Shown: positions 30,515-43,166 of the stretch, one piece after another
Layout: each line of letters opens with the position of its first letter
Position numbering within the stretch: position 1 is the stretch's first letter
Assembly (NCBI GenBank): GCA_964501115.1
Contig: CAZCRO010000002.1
Location: 9,813 to 73,812 of the forward strand
Direction of reading: 5' to 3'
DNA: 64,000 nucleotides
DNA from: an uncultured Oscillospiraceae bacterium
GTDB lineage: Bacteria; Bacillota; Clostridia; Oscillospirales; Oscillospiraceae
Notes under the pieces: generated by a model
What the model was told of the DNA's origin: nothing
Seen by the model: only the letters and a program-made list of their open reading frames with translations
Databases searched by the model: none
Translations under genes and position numbers: made by a program

Positions 30515-30564
30515 ATACCCCCATGGGGTATTTTTATTATATACCCCCATGGGGTATTTGTCAA
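30515..30564 (-). promoter_or_regulatory. csoR-copA promoter with two identical CsoR operators
   Basis: ATACCCCCATGGGGTAT at 30515-30531 and 30541-30557 (C-tract/G-tract pseudo-palindrome); minus-strand TTGACA(30564)-17-TATAAT(30541). Confidence 0.88.
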
Positions 30565-30648
30565 GTGACACACAGACAGGACGCTTCTTTCCGGCTGAAA
30601 ATGCAGCTCCCGGCTCCCCCCCGCAGTCCAAACCGGGCGTGCCTCCTG

Positions 30649-31443
30649 TCATGGCACGCCCGGTTTTTTGGGAATGGTGATTGTCAATACGATTTGGCTT
30701 TCCGTCTCTCTTCTTTCCGATACTGCCGGGATGCCGGAGCGCTGAATTTTTGCCAGAGACTCTGTCAGGCTGTTCAGAAAATTTCCCACGTTGGTCTGGC
30801 GTGGTCTGGGCTGGGCGCTGTGGAGGGACTGGACGTACTTTTCCGTTGCCGCCACACTCATACCCTGGCGCTGAATCTGGCGAATCGCCTCCAGCTTCTC
30901 CTCCTCACCGGACAACGGCAGCAGTGCCCGGGCGTGGCGCTCCGTCAGCCCCGCCTCCCGAAGCGCCTGCAAAACTTTTTCTCCATGGCGCAGCAGTCGC
31001 AGCTTGTTGGCAATCGCAGACTGGCTCTTCCCCAGAACTTTTGCTGCCTGTTCCTGATTCAGCCCCTGCAAACGCATAAGCGCAGCAATCCCCGTCGCCT
31101 CCTCCACAAAATCCAGATCCTGCCGCTGTAAATTCTCCACCATAGCCGCAATACCGGATTCCCGGTCATCCATTTGCAGGATGATGCAGGGAACCTCTGT
31201 GAGTCCGGCCTGGATTGCCGCCCGCAGTCGCCGCTCCCCGGCAATCAGCTCATAGCCCAGGCCGACCCGCCGGACAGAAAGGGGCTGCAGCACCCCATGG
31301 TGCCGGATGGACTGGGTTAGCTCATCCAGCGCCTCCGGCCGAAACACCCTCCTGGGCTGCATAGGATTGGGTTTGATACTGCGAACAGGCAAAAAAATCA
31401 CCCGTCCGGTTTCCATATAGGTTTTAATCTTCTGGCACTGCAT
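30649..31443 (-). CDS. ParB/Noc-family DNA-binding protein
   Basis: NPMQPRRVF, GVLQPLSVR, YELIAGERRLRAA, VENLQRQDL, SQSAIANKLRLL, LTERHARALL. Confidence 0.88.
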   Translation of the reverse strand: MQCQKIKTYMETGRVIFLPVRSIKPNPMQPRRVFRPEALDELTQSIRHHGVLQPLSVRRVGLGYELIAGERRLRAAIQAGLTEVPCIILQMDDRESGIAAMVENLQRQDLDFVEEATGIAALMRLQGLNQEQAAKVLGKSQSAIANKLRLLRHGEKVLQALREAGLTERHARALLPLSGEEEKLEAIRQIQRQGMSVAATEKYVQSLHSAQPRPRQTNVGNFLNSLTESLAKIQRSGIPAVSERRETESQIVLTITIPKKPGVP

Positions 31444-31649
31444 GGCCCGTCCTCCCCCTGTTTCAGATGCCTCTATTCTATCCCCCCGGCCGGTGGAAAA
31501 CCCACGAAACCGCCCCGGTCATTTTGGAAAAGCCAAAGCTTTTTCCCGGTGCCGCCCCCGGCTCCCACACTTGAAAAAAGCATAGAAAAACGCCTGCATC
31601 CATGCTATAATGGGTTTGTTTGAATCTATTGGAAGCCGGAGGCATCTAT

Positions 31650-32324
31650 ATGTACCGATTGTTGATTATTGAAGATGACCAGGGGATTGCGCAGGCCATC
31701 CGGGAACAGGCAGAAATGTGGGACCTGCAGGTTCATTGCGTTCAGAATTTCCGCAATATAATGCCGGAATTTGCCACCTTTGATGCCCACATCGTTCTGC
31801 TGGACATTGGTCTGCCCTTTTTTAACGGGTATCACTGGTGCAGCGAAATCCGGAAAGTATCCAATGTGCCCATCATTTTCATTTCCTCTGCATCTGACAA
31901 TATGAATATGGTCATGGCTATGAACATGGGCGCCGATGATTTCATTGCCAAGCCCTTCGATCAAAGCGTGCTGATGGCAAAACTCCAGGCCATGCTCCGA
32001 AGAACCTATGACTTCGCACCCTCCGTTCCGGTTCTGGAGCACCGTGGAGCGATCCTGCACACCGGCGACAACACACTGCGCTATCAGGACAGCAAAATCT
32101 CCCTCTCCAAAAATGAGTTTCGCATTTTGCGCATTCTCCTGGAGAACAAAGGCAAGGTCGTCAGCCGGGAAAAGCTGATGGAGGCGCTGTGGGAGACGGA
32201 CAGCTTTGTAGATGAGAATACGTTGACGGTCAATGTAGGCCGGCTGCGCAAACGGCTGGAAAATGCGGGGCTGACAGGCTTCATCTCCACCAAGTTCGGC
32301 GTGGGCTACATAATAGAAGGTTGA
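31650..32324 (+). CDS. BceR/GraR-like response regulator
   Basis: LLDIGLPFFNGYHWCSEIRKVSNVPIIFISS, GADDFIAKPF, DENTLTVNVGRLRK. Confidence 0.92.
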   Translation: MYRLLIIEDDQGIAQAIREQAEMWDLQVHCVQNFRNIMPEFATFDAHIVLLDIGLPFFNGYHWCSEIRKVSNVPIIFISSASDNMNMVMAMNMGADDFIAKPFDQSVLMAKLQAMLRRTYDFAPSVPVLEHRGAILHTGDNTLRYQDSKISLSKNEFRILRILLENKGKVVSREKLMEALWETDSFVDENTLTVNVGRLRKRLENAGLTGFISTKFGVGYIIEG

Positions 32325-32333
32325 GGCAGCGTT

Positions 32334-33323
32334 ATGGCATTGTTTTTCCAATATCTGAAAGGTCTCCGGCGGACAAGTGCGGCGTGGGCTGTCTTATGCG
32401 TGGTTTTCGCCGGAAGCTTTTTATTGTATCATTTGCCTTTGGGTGCTTTGGTTTATCCGATTCTTCTGTGTACGGGGCTTGGCCTTGTGGGGATAATCCT
32501 GGATTTCGCCAGGGTAAAGCAAGCGCACGAAACCTTGCAGAGAATCCAAACTCTCACCGATGCCATGACCGAGCACCTCCCGGAAGCGGACACGATCCAA
32601 AGCCGGGATTATCAGGAAATTATGCATCTTCTGTGCCAGGAACACATTGCCTGCCGCCAGGAAACAGACCGCAAATATGCAGATATGATAGAGTACTATA
32701 CCGTATGGGCGCACCAGATCAAAACACCCATTGCCTCTATGCGTCTGCAACTGCAAAACGAAGACTCTGCCCTCTGCCGCAAACTAAGCGGAGATTTACA
32801 CCGGATTGAACAATATGTGGAAATGGTGCTGACCTTTTTGCGGCTGGATTCGGACAGTACGGATTATGTATTCAAAGAACACGATCTGGATACGATCGTC
32901 AAAACCGCCGTAAAAAAATTCTCCTCTGAGTTTATCGGGAGGAAACTGCGCCTTGTGTATGAACCACTGAACACCACCGTAATCACTGACGAAAAATGGC
33001 TGGGCTTTGTCATTGAACAGGTACTGTCCAACGCACTGAAATACACCCCCTCCGGCAGCATCACCATCTCCCTTGCGGATAAAAAAACTCTTCGTATTCA
33101 GGATACCGGCATCGGCATTGCCCCGGAGGATCTGCCCCGTATTTTTGAAAATGGCTACACCGGCTATAACGGTCGGCTGAATCGGAAGGCCAGCGGCATC
33201 GGCCTGTATTTGTGCAGACGTATCTGCCGGAATTTGGGACATACCATTACCGCAAACTCTACGGTAGATGTGGGAACGGAGATTTCCATTGACCTGGCGC
33301 AGACACCGCTGGGCATAGAATAA
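32334..33323 (+). CDS. BceS/GraS-like histidine kinase
   Basis: Two close TMs, WAHQIKTP, SNALKYT, DTGIGI, ASGIGLYL. Confidence 0.92.
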   Translation: MALFFQYLKGLRRTSAAWAVLCVVFAGSFLLYHLPLGALVYPILLCTGLGLVGIILDFARVKQAHETLQRIQTLTDAMTEHLPEADTIQSRDYQEIMHLLCQEHIACRQETDRKYADMIEYYTVWAHQIKTPIASMRLQLQNEDSALCRKLSGDLHRIEQYVEMVLTFLRLDSDSTDYVFKEHDLDTIVKTAVKKFSSEFIGRKLRLVYEPLNTTVITDEKWLGFVIEQVLSNALKYTPSGSITISLADKKTLRIQDTGIGIAPEDLPRIFENGYTGYNGRLNRKASGIGLYLCRRICRNLGHTITANSTVDVGTEISIDLAQTPLGIE

Positions 33324-33330
33324 CATCACT

Positions 33331-33407
33331 TCTAACAAAACCGTTAGATTTCCCCCTGATTTTGTAAGCCGAAGCACAGGCGAGGCCGACGTATTCTTTG
33401 GTATACT
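33331..33407 (+). promoter_or_regulatory. Candidate BceR-type boxes upstream of the ABC transporter
   Basis: TCTAAC-N6-GTTAGA palindrome (33331-33348), CCTGATTTTGTAAG (33355-33368), extended -10 TGGTATACT and no clear -35. Confidence 0.55.
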
Positions 33408-33441
33408 ATGGGCAGAAATCAATAAGGAGGATTTTTGCTGT

Positions 33442-34206
33442 ATGAGCATTCTAAAAGTCAGCGGTGTGCAGAAAATCTATACCACCCGCTTTGGCGGCAA
33501 CAAGGTGGAGGCGCTGAAAAGCGTATCCTTCGATGTATCGCAGGGCGAGTACGTGGCGATCATGGGGGAATCCGGGTCCGGAAAAACGACACTCTTAAAT
33601 ATCCTGGCCTCTCTGGACAGACCCACATCCGGTAGCGTAATTCTAGACGGAATGGAGCTTTCCGGAGTCAGGGAATCCCAGGCTGCGGCGTTCCGCCGGG
33701 ATAATCTGGGCTTTGTCTTCCAGGAATTTAACCTGCTGGATACATTCACCCTGGAGGATAATATCTATCTTCCCCTTGTCCTTGCAGGAAAAACCTATAA
33801 AGAAATGCACGAACGCCTGATGCCGATTGCGACCCGGCTTGGCATTGAGTCGCTTTTGAAAAAATACCCCTATGAAGTATCCGGCGGGCAGAAGCAGCGG
33901 GCGGCGGTGGCAAGAGCCTTGATCACCAACCCCAAGCTGATTCTTGCCGACGAGCCAACCGGTGCCCTGGATTCCAGAGCTACCGATGAGTTGCTCCGCC
34001 TCTTCTCCCAGATCAATCAAGGCGGCCAGACCATCCTGATGGTGACCCACTCCGTCAAGGCGGCAAGCCATGCAAACCGGGTACTGTTTATTAAGGATGG
34101 AGAGGTCTTCCACCAGATCTACCGGGGTGACCACACCAACGAACAACTCTACCAGCTCGTTTCCGATACCCTCACAATGCTGCAGGCAGGAGGCGCAAGG
34201 AAATGA
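33442..34206 (+). CDS. BceA-like ABC ATP-binding protein
   Basis: GESGSGKTT, VSGGQKQR, ADEPTGALDS, MVTHS. Confidence 0.93.
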   Translation: MSILKVSGVQKIYTTRFGGNKVEALKSVSFDVSQGEYVAIMGESGSGKTTLLNILASLDRPTSGSVILDGMELSGVRESQAAAFRRDNLGFVFQEFNLLDTFTLEDNIYLPLVLAGKTYKEMHERLMPIATRLGIESLLKKYPYEVSGGQKQRAAVARALITNPKLILADEPTGALDSRATDELLRLFSQINQGGQTILMVTHSVKAASHANRVLFIKDGEVFHQIYRGDHTNEQLYQLVSDTLTMLQAGGARK

Positions 34207-36227
34207 AAACAGGCTTCTATCCCAAACTCGCCTGGGATGCCATCCGCAAGAACAAACGGATGTATTTCCCCTACATGCTCACCGGCTCTGTCATGGTGAT
34301 GATGTTTTACATTCTGACCTCCATGCTGGACTCGCCGGACTTGCAGGACATTCACGGAGGCTCCTTCTTAATGGATGTACTTCCCTTTGGCTGTGCCGTC
34401 ATTGCCATTTTTTCCCTTATTTTTCTGTTTTACACCAATTCCTTTCTGCTGAAACAGAGATACCGGGAATTCGGTCTGTACAGCGTACTCGGTATGGATA
34501 AAGGCAATCTCAGCAGACTGATGCTCTGGGAAGGCATCTATACCGCCGGCATCGCCATTGTGGCAGGACTTCTGTGCGGGATTGCGTTTTCCAAGGCGGC
34601 TGAGCTGATTCTGCTGAATATACTCTGCGCGGAAATTTCCTTCACCCTTCGCATTGGTGGAAACGCGATACTCCTTACTGTCTTCATTTACGCCGGTATT
34701 TATATACTGCTGCTGTTCACTGCCATCATAAAAGTTTGGCGTTCCCAGCCTTTGGCGCTGATGCAAAAGAGCAAATCCGGAGAGAAAAAGCTCAGGTGCA
34801 ACTACCTGCTTGCTTTTGCCGGTGTGGGTATTCTCGGCTACGCATACTATATGGCCGTCAGCATCGAAGAACCGGCAACGGCAATGCTGCTGTTCTTCGT
34901 AGCGGTGATTCTGGTGATTCTCAGCACATATCTTTTGTTTATCTCCGGGTCTGTAGCGCTGTGCCGACTGCTGCAAAAGAACAAAAAATATTATTACAGG
35001 CCAAATCATTTTGTTTCCGTGTCCTCCATGGCATACCGGATGAAGCGGAACGGAGCCGGTCTGGCCTCTATTTGCATTCTGCTGACCATGGTGCTGGTAA
35101 TGCTCTCCTCCACCGCAAGTCTCTACTTTAGCCAGGAGGATTCCATCAACCGGCGCTATCCCAATGGCATCAATATCACCTGTTGGTTTGAAACCCTTGA
35201 CGGCATTGGGGATGACAGTCTGGATATGCAGAAAAACATCATCGCCCGGTACGCACCGGCAGGTACGGAACTGTCCGAAACACGATATGCCATTGCCTCC
35301 GGCCAGTTCACGGAGGATGGCATCACCCTGGATGCTTCCCATGTTGAGCGCATCGACTACGATCGGGTTGGCTATCTCTATATTCTTTCTCTTGCGGATT
35401 ACAACCACAGAATGGGCACCAACCGGGATCTGGCAGAGGGGGAATGTCTGCTCTACAGCAACCGGCTGGAAACCCAATGGAATACCTTTACCATGGAGTA
35501 TGGGGAAACCTACCTTGTAAAGGAGCGGCTGGCAGAATACCGGGAAGACGGCTCCACCATTGCCACAATCAATCCCAATGTCTACATTGTCGTGAAGGAT
35601 GTCGCTGCTTTTGTATCTCCCATAAAAAACAGGGTGAACAGCTACGGCTACTCCATGGTGAATTACCAATGGCTCTGCGGTTTTGACTGCGCCACTGCCG
35701 AAGAGGAAATAGCCACAAAAAACGCACTGCAGGAAGCCATTGTAGAGAATGCGGATGACAACCACCCCTGGAATACCCTGTATCTGGAGAGCCGGGAGGA
35801 AGAGCGCTTCGCCTTCTACGAGATGTACGGCAGCTTCTTTTTCCTGGGCATTATGCTCAGCGTGGTATTCCTGATGGCCGCCGTGCTGATCATCTATTAC
35901 AAGCAGGTTTCCGAGGGGTACGAGGATCAGAGCCGATTTGCCATCATGCAGAAGGTCGGCATGACCAGACAGGATATTCGCCGGAGCGTCAATTCCCAGA
36001 TGCTGACGGTATTCTTTCTGCCTCTGGTCATGGCCGGGCTGCACCTTGGCTTTGCGTTTCCGTGTATTTCCAAAATATTAAAGCTCTTCGCCTTTGACAA
36101 TCTGCGGCTCAATATCACCGTAAACATTGCGTGTTTTTCTTTGTTTGGTCTTCTTTATGCAGTTGTATACAAAATCACCTCCGGCAGCTACTATACCATC
36201 GTCAGCGGTGGAAAAGAGCGGCTTTGA
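34203..36227 (+). CDS. BceB-like permease
   Basis: YTNSFLLKQRYREFGLYSVLGM, YYKQVSEGYEDQSRFAIMQKVGM; about 10 TMs with one large loop. Confidence 0.9.
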   Translation: MKTGFYPKLAWDAIRKNKRMYFPYMLTGSVMVMMFYILTSMLDSPDLQDIHGGSFLMDVLPFGCAVIAIFSLIFLFYTNSFLLKQRYREFGLYSVLGMDKGNLSRLMLWEGIYTAGIAIVAGLLCGIAFSKAAELILLNILCAEISFTLRIGGNAILLTVFIYAGIYILLLFTAIIKVWRSQPLALMQKSKSGEKKLRCNYLLAFAGVGILGYAYYMAVSIEEPATAMLLFFVAVILVILSTYLLFISGSVALCRLLQKNKKYYYRPNHFVSVSSMAYRMKRNGAGLASICILLTMVLVMLSSTASLYFSQEDSINRRYPNGINITCWFETLDGIGDDSLDMQKNIIARYAPAGTELSETRYAIASGQFTEDGITLDASHVERIDYDRVGYLYILSLADYNHRMGTNRDLAEGECLLYSNRLETQWNTFTMEYGETYLVKERLAEYREDGSTIATINPNVYIVVKDVAAFVSPIKNRVNSYGYSMVNYQWLCGFDCATAEEEIATKNALQEAIVENADDNHPWNTLYLESREEERFAFYEMYGSFFFLGIMLSVVFLMAAVLIIYYKQVSEGYEDQSRFAIMQKVGMTRQDIRRSVNSQMLTVFFLPLVMAGLHLGFAFPCISKILKLFAFDNLRLNITVNIACFSLFGLLYAVVYKITSGSYYTIVSGGKERL

Positions 36228-36239
36228 CTGTCCCTCACT

Positions 36240-36431
36240 ATGAATGGAAAACGATCACTTTTCAGCACCTGCAAAAAGCGGCTTGCCGGAATTTTGAGCA
36301 AAGGCATTCTTGCCGTGGCCGTGTGCATCATTGGCATTCTCGCCATTCCCGTGTGCATCCTTCTGCTGCCCATTATACTGGTATGGAGCGTAGCGGACCG
36401 GCTGCTGGGAGCGCTGGAAGAATTTTGCTGA
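36240..36431 (+). CDS. Small hydrophobic protein
   Basis: 63 aa with a long TM; lies between the permease stop and the terminator; RBS weak. Confidence 0.5.
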   Translation: MNGKRSLFSTCKKRLAGILSKGILAVAVCIIGILAIPVCILLLPIILVWSVADRLLGALEEFC

Positions 36432-36440
36432 ATAACCTCC

Positions 36441-36477
36441 ACAGGGGGGCGGAAAATTGAGGATTTTCCGCCCCCTG
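36441..36477 (+). terminator. Terminator hairpin
   Basis: CAGGGGGGCGGAAAAT...ATTTTCCGCCCCCTG. Confidence 0.7.
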
Positions 36478-36560
36478 CGTTCTACGTTTTGGGGAGAGTT
36501 CTTGCATTTCCGCAAGAAAGATGGTATGATACCCGGTAGAATATATAAGGAGGCAACAAT

Positions 36561-37157
36561 ATGTCCGGTATTGGTTCTATCCGCAAATTGGCGGGAAGTA
36601 AATATTTGTCTTTGTACGAACTGGATGCCATTGCCCGGGACGGCAGCCATTTCCCTTACTATATGGCTTCCCGCACCGGGAACACCCAGGAGCTGAAGGC
36701 CACTACCGGAAGCATCCGGGCCGACGGTGTGGCTGTCTATGCTGTGTATCAGGGCGAATATCTTGTGATGCTGCGGCAATACCGCTACCCGGTAGGCGGA
36801 TATGTCTACGAATTTCCCGCCGGATTGGTGGAACCGGGAGAGGATGTAACCCAGGCCGCCATCCGGGAGCTGTACGAGGAAACCGGCCTGACGCTGACTC
36901 CCGTACATACCGCCCGCCCCTACTACACCACTGTGGGCATGACGGACGAAGCCTGCGCCACAGTATTCGGCACCTGCCAGGGCACCCCAAATATCTCTCA
37001 CCAGGAGGACACCGAGGATATTCAGGTGCTGCTGGTGGACCGGAAGGAAGCTGCCCGTATTTTAAAAGAGGAACAGGTTGCCATCATGTGCGCCTATCAC
37101 CTGATGCACTTCCTCTCTGACACCGAAAATCCCCTGTCCTTTGTGGATAAGCTGTAA
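36561..37157 (+). CDS. NUDIX hydrolase (ADP-ribose pyrophosphatase-like)
   Basis: RQYRYP, EFPAGLVEPGEDVTQAAIRELYEETG Nudix box. Confidence 0.9.
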   Translation: MSGIGSIRKLAGSKYLSLYELDAIARDGSHFPYYMASRTGNTQELKATTGSIRADGVAVYAVYQGEYLVMLRQYRYPVGGYVYEFPAGLVEPGEDVTQAAIRELYEETGLTLTPVHTARPYYTTVGMTDEACATVFGTCQGTPNISHQEDTEDIQVLLVDRKEAARILKEEQVAIMCAYHLMHFLSDTENPLSFVDKL

Positions 37158-37172
37158 ATAAAGGAGAAGACC

Positions 37173-38522
37173 ATGTCCCATACCATTGCTGCTGTCTCCA
37201 CCGGAAACCAGGTTTCTGCCATTGGCATCATCCGCCTGTCCGGTGAGGGATGCATTTCCATTGCCTCTTCCGTTTTTTCCGCAGATCTCTCCGCGGCACC
37301 AAACCGCAAGCTGATTCTCGGTCAGCTGAAAGATTCCACCGGCCGCACCATTGACCAGTGTATGGCCGTCTGCTCCCGTGCGCCCCACAGCTATACCGGA
37401 GAAGACACAGTGGAATTCCACTGCCATGGCTCCCCCGCCGTGCTGGCAGCGGGGTTGGACGCCCTGTATGCTGCCGGAGCACGCCCTGCCAAACGGGGAG
37501 AATTCACCAAGCGGGCTTTTCTCAACGGCAAGCTGGATCTGACCCAGGCAGAAGCTGTGATTGATCTGATTGAAGCAGAAACCGCCGATGCCGCAGCCAA
37601 CGCCGCCGGACAGGTAGAGGGTGTGCTGCAAAGAAAACTGAATCCCGTATACAATTCCCTCACAGACCTGTGCAGCCACTTTCACGCTGTACTGGATTAT
37701 CCGGATGAGGACATTGAGGACTTTGGCCTTCGCAATTACGCCGCCACGTTGACCGGCGCAGCCAAAACACTGGAAGCGCTTCTGTCTACTTATCAGCAGG
37801 GGCGGATTCTTCGTCAGGGTGTTGCTGCCGCCATTGTCGGCCGCCCCAATGTTGGAAAATCCAGCCTGCTCAATGCTCTGGCCGGATACGACCGTGTCAT
37901 TGTTACCGATATTCCCGGCACCACCCGGGATACCGTAGAGGAGGCCGTGCTTGTTGGCAATACCCGCCTGCGGCTGATCGATACAGCAGGCATCCGCCAG
38001 ACGGAGGACACAGTGGAAGCCATCGGTGTAGAACGCTCCAAGCAGGCCATTGAGCAGGCCGACCTGGTCATTTTCCTGTGCGATGGCTCCCAGCCCCTTA
38101 CCCAGGAAGATAAGCAGATTATGGAGCTGTGCGCCGATGTCCCCCATGCCATTGCGCTGATTAACAAGACAGACCTCGGGCAGAAGGTACTGCCCAGCGA
38201 CCTTCCCTTTATGAACATTCTGTGCACCAGCATCCGGGAAAACCAGGGGCTGGAACAACTGGCCGATGTGATTGATATGGAGTTTGCCGGACAGGCTCCC
38301 TGCGATGGCTCTATTCTGACCAACACACGGCAGTTTGACGCCTGCCGCCGGGCATACGATGCCATTCAGCGCAGCCGCCAGGGATTGTCCCTGGGCCTGA
38401 CCCCGGACGCGGTTCTGACCGATGTGGAAGAAGCCATGGAGGCTATGGGAGAGGTGACCGGTGCCACCGTAAGAGAAGACATCACCGCCCGGATTTTTGA
38501 ACGCTTCTGCGTAGGAAAGTAA
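37173..38522 (+). CDS. mnmE: tRNA modification GTPase
   Basis: SYTGED, GEFTKRAFLNGKLDLTQAEA, GRPNVGKSS, PGTTRD, DTAG, C-terminal FCVGK. Confidence 0.96.
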   Translation: MSHTIAAVSTGNQVSAIGIIRLSGEGCISIASSVFSADLSAAPNRKLILGQLKDSTGRTIDQCMAVCSRAPHSYTGEDTVEFHCHGSPAVLAAGLDALYAAGARPAKRGEFTKRAFLNGKLDLTQAEAVIDLIEAETADAAANAAGQVEGVLQRKLNPVYNSLTDLCSHFHAVLDYPDEDIEDFGLRNYAATLTGAAKTLEALLSTYQQGRILRQGVAAAIVGRPNVGKSSLLNALAGYDRVIVTDIPGTTRDTVEEAVLVGNTRLRLIDTAGIRQTEDTVEAIGVERSKQAIEQADLVIFLCDGSQPLTQEDKQIMELCADVPHAIALINKTDLGQKVLPSDLPFMNILCTSIRENQGLEQLADVIDMEFAGQAPCDGSILTNTRQFDACRRAYDAIQRSRQGLSLGLTPDAVLTDVEEAMEAMGEVTGATVREDITARIFERFCVGK

Positions 38523-38535
38523 AGAGGTTCCCGCT

Positions 38536-41165
<2,630 letters not shown>

Positions 41166-41194
41166 ACAAGCCCCATCTGTTCCCCAAAAATACG

Positions 41195-41243
41195 CTCCCT
41201 GCGGAGCAGATACTTGAAACAAAGGTATCTGCTCCGCAGGGAG
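41195..41243 (+). terminator. Terminator after gdhA
   Basis: 19-bp perfect inverted repeat CTCCCTGCGGAGCAGATAC/GTATCTGCTCCGCAGGGAG plus T-rich tail. Confidence 0.8.
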
Positions 41244-41451
41244 TTCTTTCTTTATCACAGGGTTGCGGTTATGAAGGATACGCACCTCCCGCGGCTGCGT
41301 ATCCAACACCGGCTTGTCCCTTTGTCCGCCTGGAGATCCATTTTGGATTGGCTTTCTTTTTCCTTTTTGGAAAGAAAAATTATTTACAAAAAAGACTGCC
41401 GTTTTTTGTAAAAAAGGTAGAAAATCCAAAAAATGCAAAAAAGCACTTGCT

Positions 41452-41467
41452 TATATATATATATATA
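41452..41467. repeat. (TA)8 dinucleotide tract
   Basis: TATATATATATATATA in the AT-rich promoter region of the 41534 gene. Confidence 0.9.
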
Positions 41468-41533
41468 ATTATTGCAGAGTTTCGTATTTTTCCGCAAAAC
41501 TCTGCAACAAACAAAGAGAGAAGGTCTTAAATA

Positions 41534-43153
41534 ATGAAAAGAGAATTGGCCGGACTGCTGGCGGGTGTGAGTCTGCTGCTGTGCGCCTGTACCCCCACCG
41601 GGGAAAACACCTCTTTGGCGAAGGAGCAATCGACACGCTACGGCCAAATCAACACCGACGGTAGTGCGGTCGTGATTTCCAGCGACAACACGGTACGCAC
41701 CATTTCCGCAGACGCGCAAACGGTGCTCCACACCCAGGATGGCAAGTATGTAAGCGTTCTTGAAAAAGACGGTGTATTGACCGTGTACGAAGGCGAGGAG
41801 AAGAAATACGAGGACATCTCCGTGGACAGCATCAGGAGCATGACAGAGGATGCGCTGCTGTTTTCAAAAGGAGATTCCTTCAGACCCTCTTCGGTGGCTT
41901 CTGCAACAGAAGCACCAGCACCTGCTGAAAAAGAAAACGAAGAAACGAAGCAGGACTATATGGTTTATCGCTACACCTTTTCCGATGGACAGGTGTTCTC
42001 TGTCAAGAATCCAAATGGTATTCGTTCTTCAGATAAAGGCAGCGCACTGCTGTACTACCGGGTATCCGATGCGGAAAAAAGCTCTTTGTACCTGGTGAAA
42101 CCTAATTCCAGTGAATCCGAGCCTCTTACCTCCACCCCCAAGAACATCTCTCTGGTAGGTATCAATTCCAGCGGCACGGTCTGCTCCTGGCTGGAATCAT
42201 ATGGGAATGAATACACCCTTTACCTTTATTCCAACGGAGAAAAAGAAAAAATTCTGACCTGCGACAGCAGTTACCTGAGCTACAACATGTACTTCAACGA
42301 AGCTGAGACTCTGGCTGTACTGCGCTCCTCCAACAACAACGAAATCGCAATTTGGACCCAGGCTGATGGTATTCAGAAGGTAAAGCTCCCGGACATTACC
42401 AACTACATGCTCCTTACCGACCAGGGCGGCTTCTATGGTTCCCCCAACGTAACACCGGAAATCTTCTATGTCGGAACCACGGTAGAACCCAACCTGTATA
42501 ACCTCTACGCCGTGGGCACAGACGGAAGCCGGGAGAAGCTGGTAAGCAATATTACAGATGCCGATATCCGCCAGGGGCAGCTCTATTATATCAAAGAGGA
42601 TGGTACCCTGTATACAGGAAAACTCGCCTCCGGTAAGCTCAGCGAAGAGACCCGCATTGCCGACAGCGTTTGCGACCTGGTGGTATCCCCCAACGGCAAG
42701 ACAGTGGTGTACGCAAGAGACGGCGGCAACGACCAGCTGGCAGCCATTTACTACTATACAGTAGGCCAGGATAAGCCCGTGCGTATCACACCGGAAGGTT
42801 ATTGCAGATCTACCTATTATTCTTACAGCGGCTACGGCACCTACACCATGCCCGCCTATTTCTCCGCCGATGGAAAGAGCATTTTCTATTTCAGCGACCC
42901 CTATCAGGTAGACAACTCCAGCACCTACACCACTACACTGATGCAGTATACAATTTCCAAGGATGAAAGCACCCGCATCGTTTCCGATATACTCCCCCAG
43001 CTGGATTCCACATACACCGGCTACGTTGTGGACGAAAATGCCCTCCGGTACTATCGCTTCATCGAAAGTACCGATGATTATGGAAATATTTTTGATTTAA
43101 TGCTCTGGAACGGCACAGAAAGCACCGTTTTGGCAAGAGATTTGAAAAAATAA
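41534..43153 (+). CDS. Hypothetical lipoprotein, probable beta-propeller
   Basis: Lipobox LCAC; S/T/Y-rich with propeller-like turns (VVSPNGKTVVYAR, FSADGKSIFYF). Confidence 0.72.
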   Translation: MKRELAGLLAGVSLLLCACTPTGENTSLAKEQSTRYGQINTDGSAVVISSDNTVRTISADAQTVLHTQDGKYVSVLEKDGVLTVYEGEEKKYEDISVDSIRSMTEDALLFSKGDSFRPSSVASATEAPAPAEKENEETKQDYMVYRYTFSDGQVFSVKNPNGIRSSDKGSALLYYRVSDAEKSSLYLVKPNSSESEPLTSTPKNISLVGINSSGTVCSWLESYGNEYTLYLYSNGEKEKILTCDSSYLSYNMYFNEAETLAVLRSSNNNEIAIWTQADGIQKVKLPDITNYMLLTDQGGFYGSPNVTPEIFYVGTTVEPNLYNLYAVGTDGSREKLVSNITDADIRQGQLYYIKEDGTLYTGKLASGKLSEETRIADSVCDLVVSPNGKTVVYARDGGNDQLAAIYYYTVGQDKPVRITPEGYCRSTYYSYSGYGTYTMPAYFSADGKSIFYFSDPYQVDNSSTYTTTLMQYTISKDESTRIVSDILPQLDSTYTGYVVDENALRYYRFIESTDDYGNIFDLMLWNGTESTVLARDLKK

Positions 43154-43166
43154 AGGAGAGAAAAAT

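Noticed and set aside
30515-30557. 17-bp direct repeat as a mini-CRISPR or insertion scar
   Set aside because: Only two copies 9 bp apart; explained as CsoR operators
37142-37150. DnaA-box match TGTGGATAA (another at 9273-9281)
   Set aside because: Isolated single boxes inside gene ends; no cluster or dnaA, so not oriC
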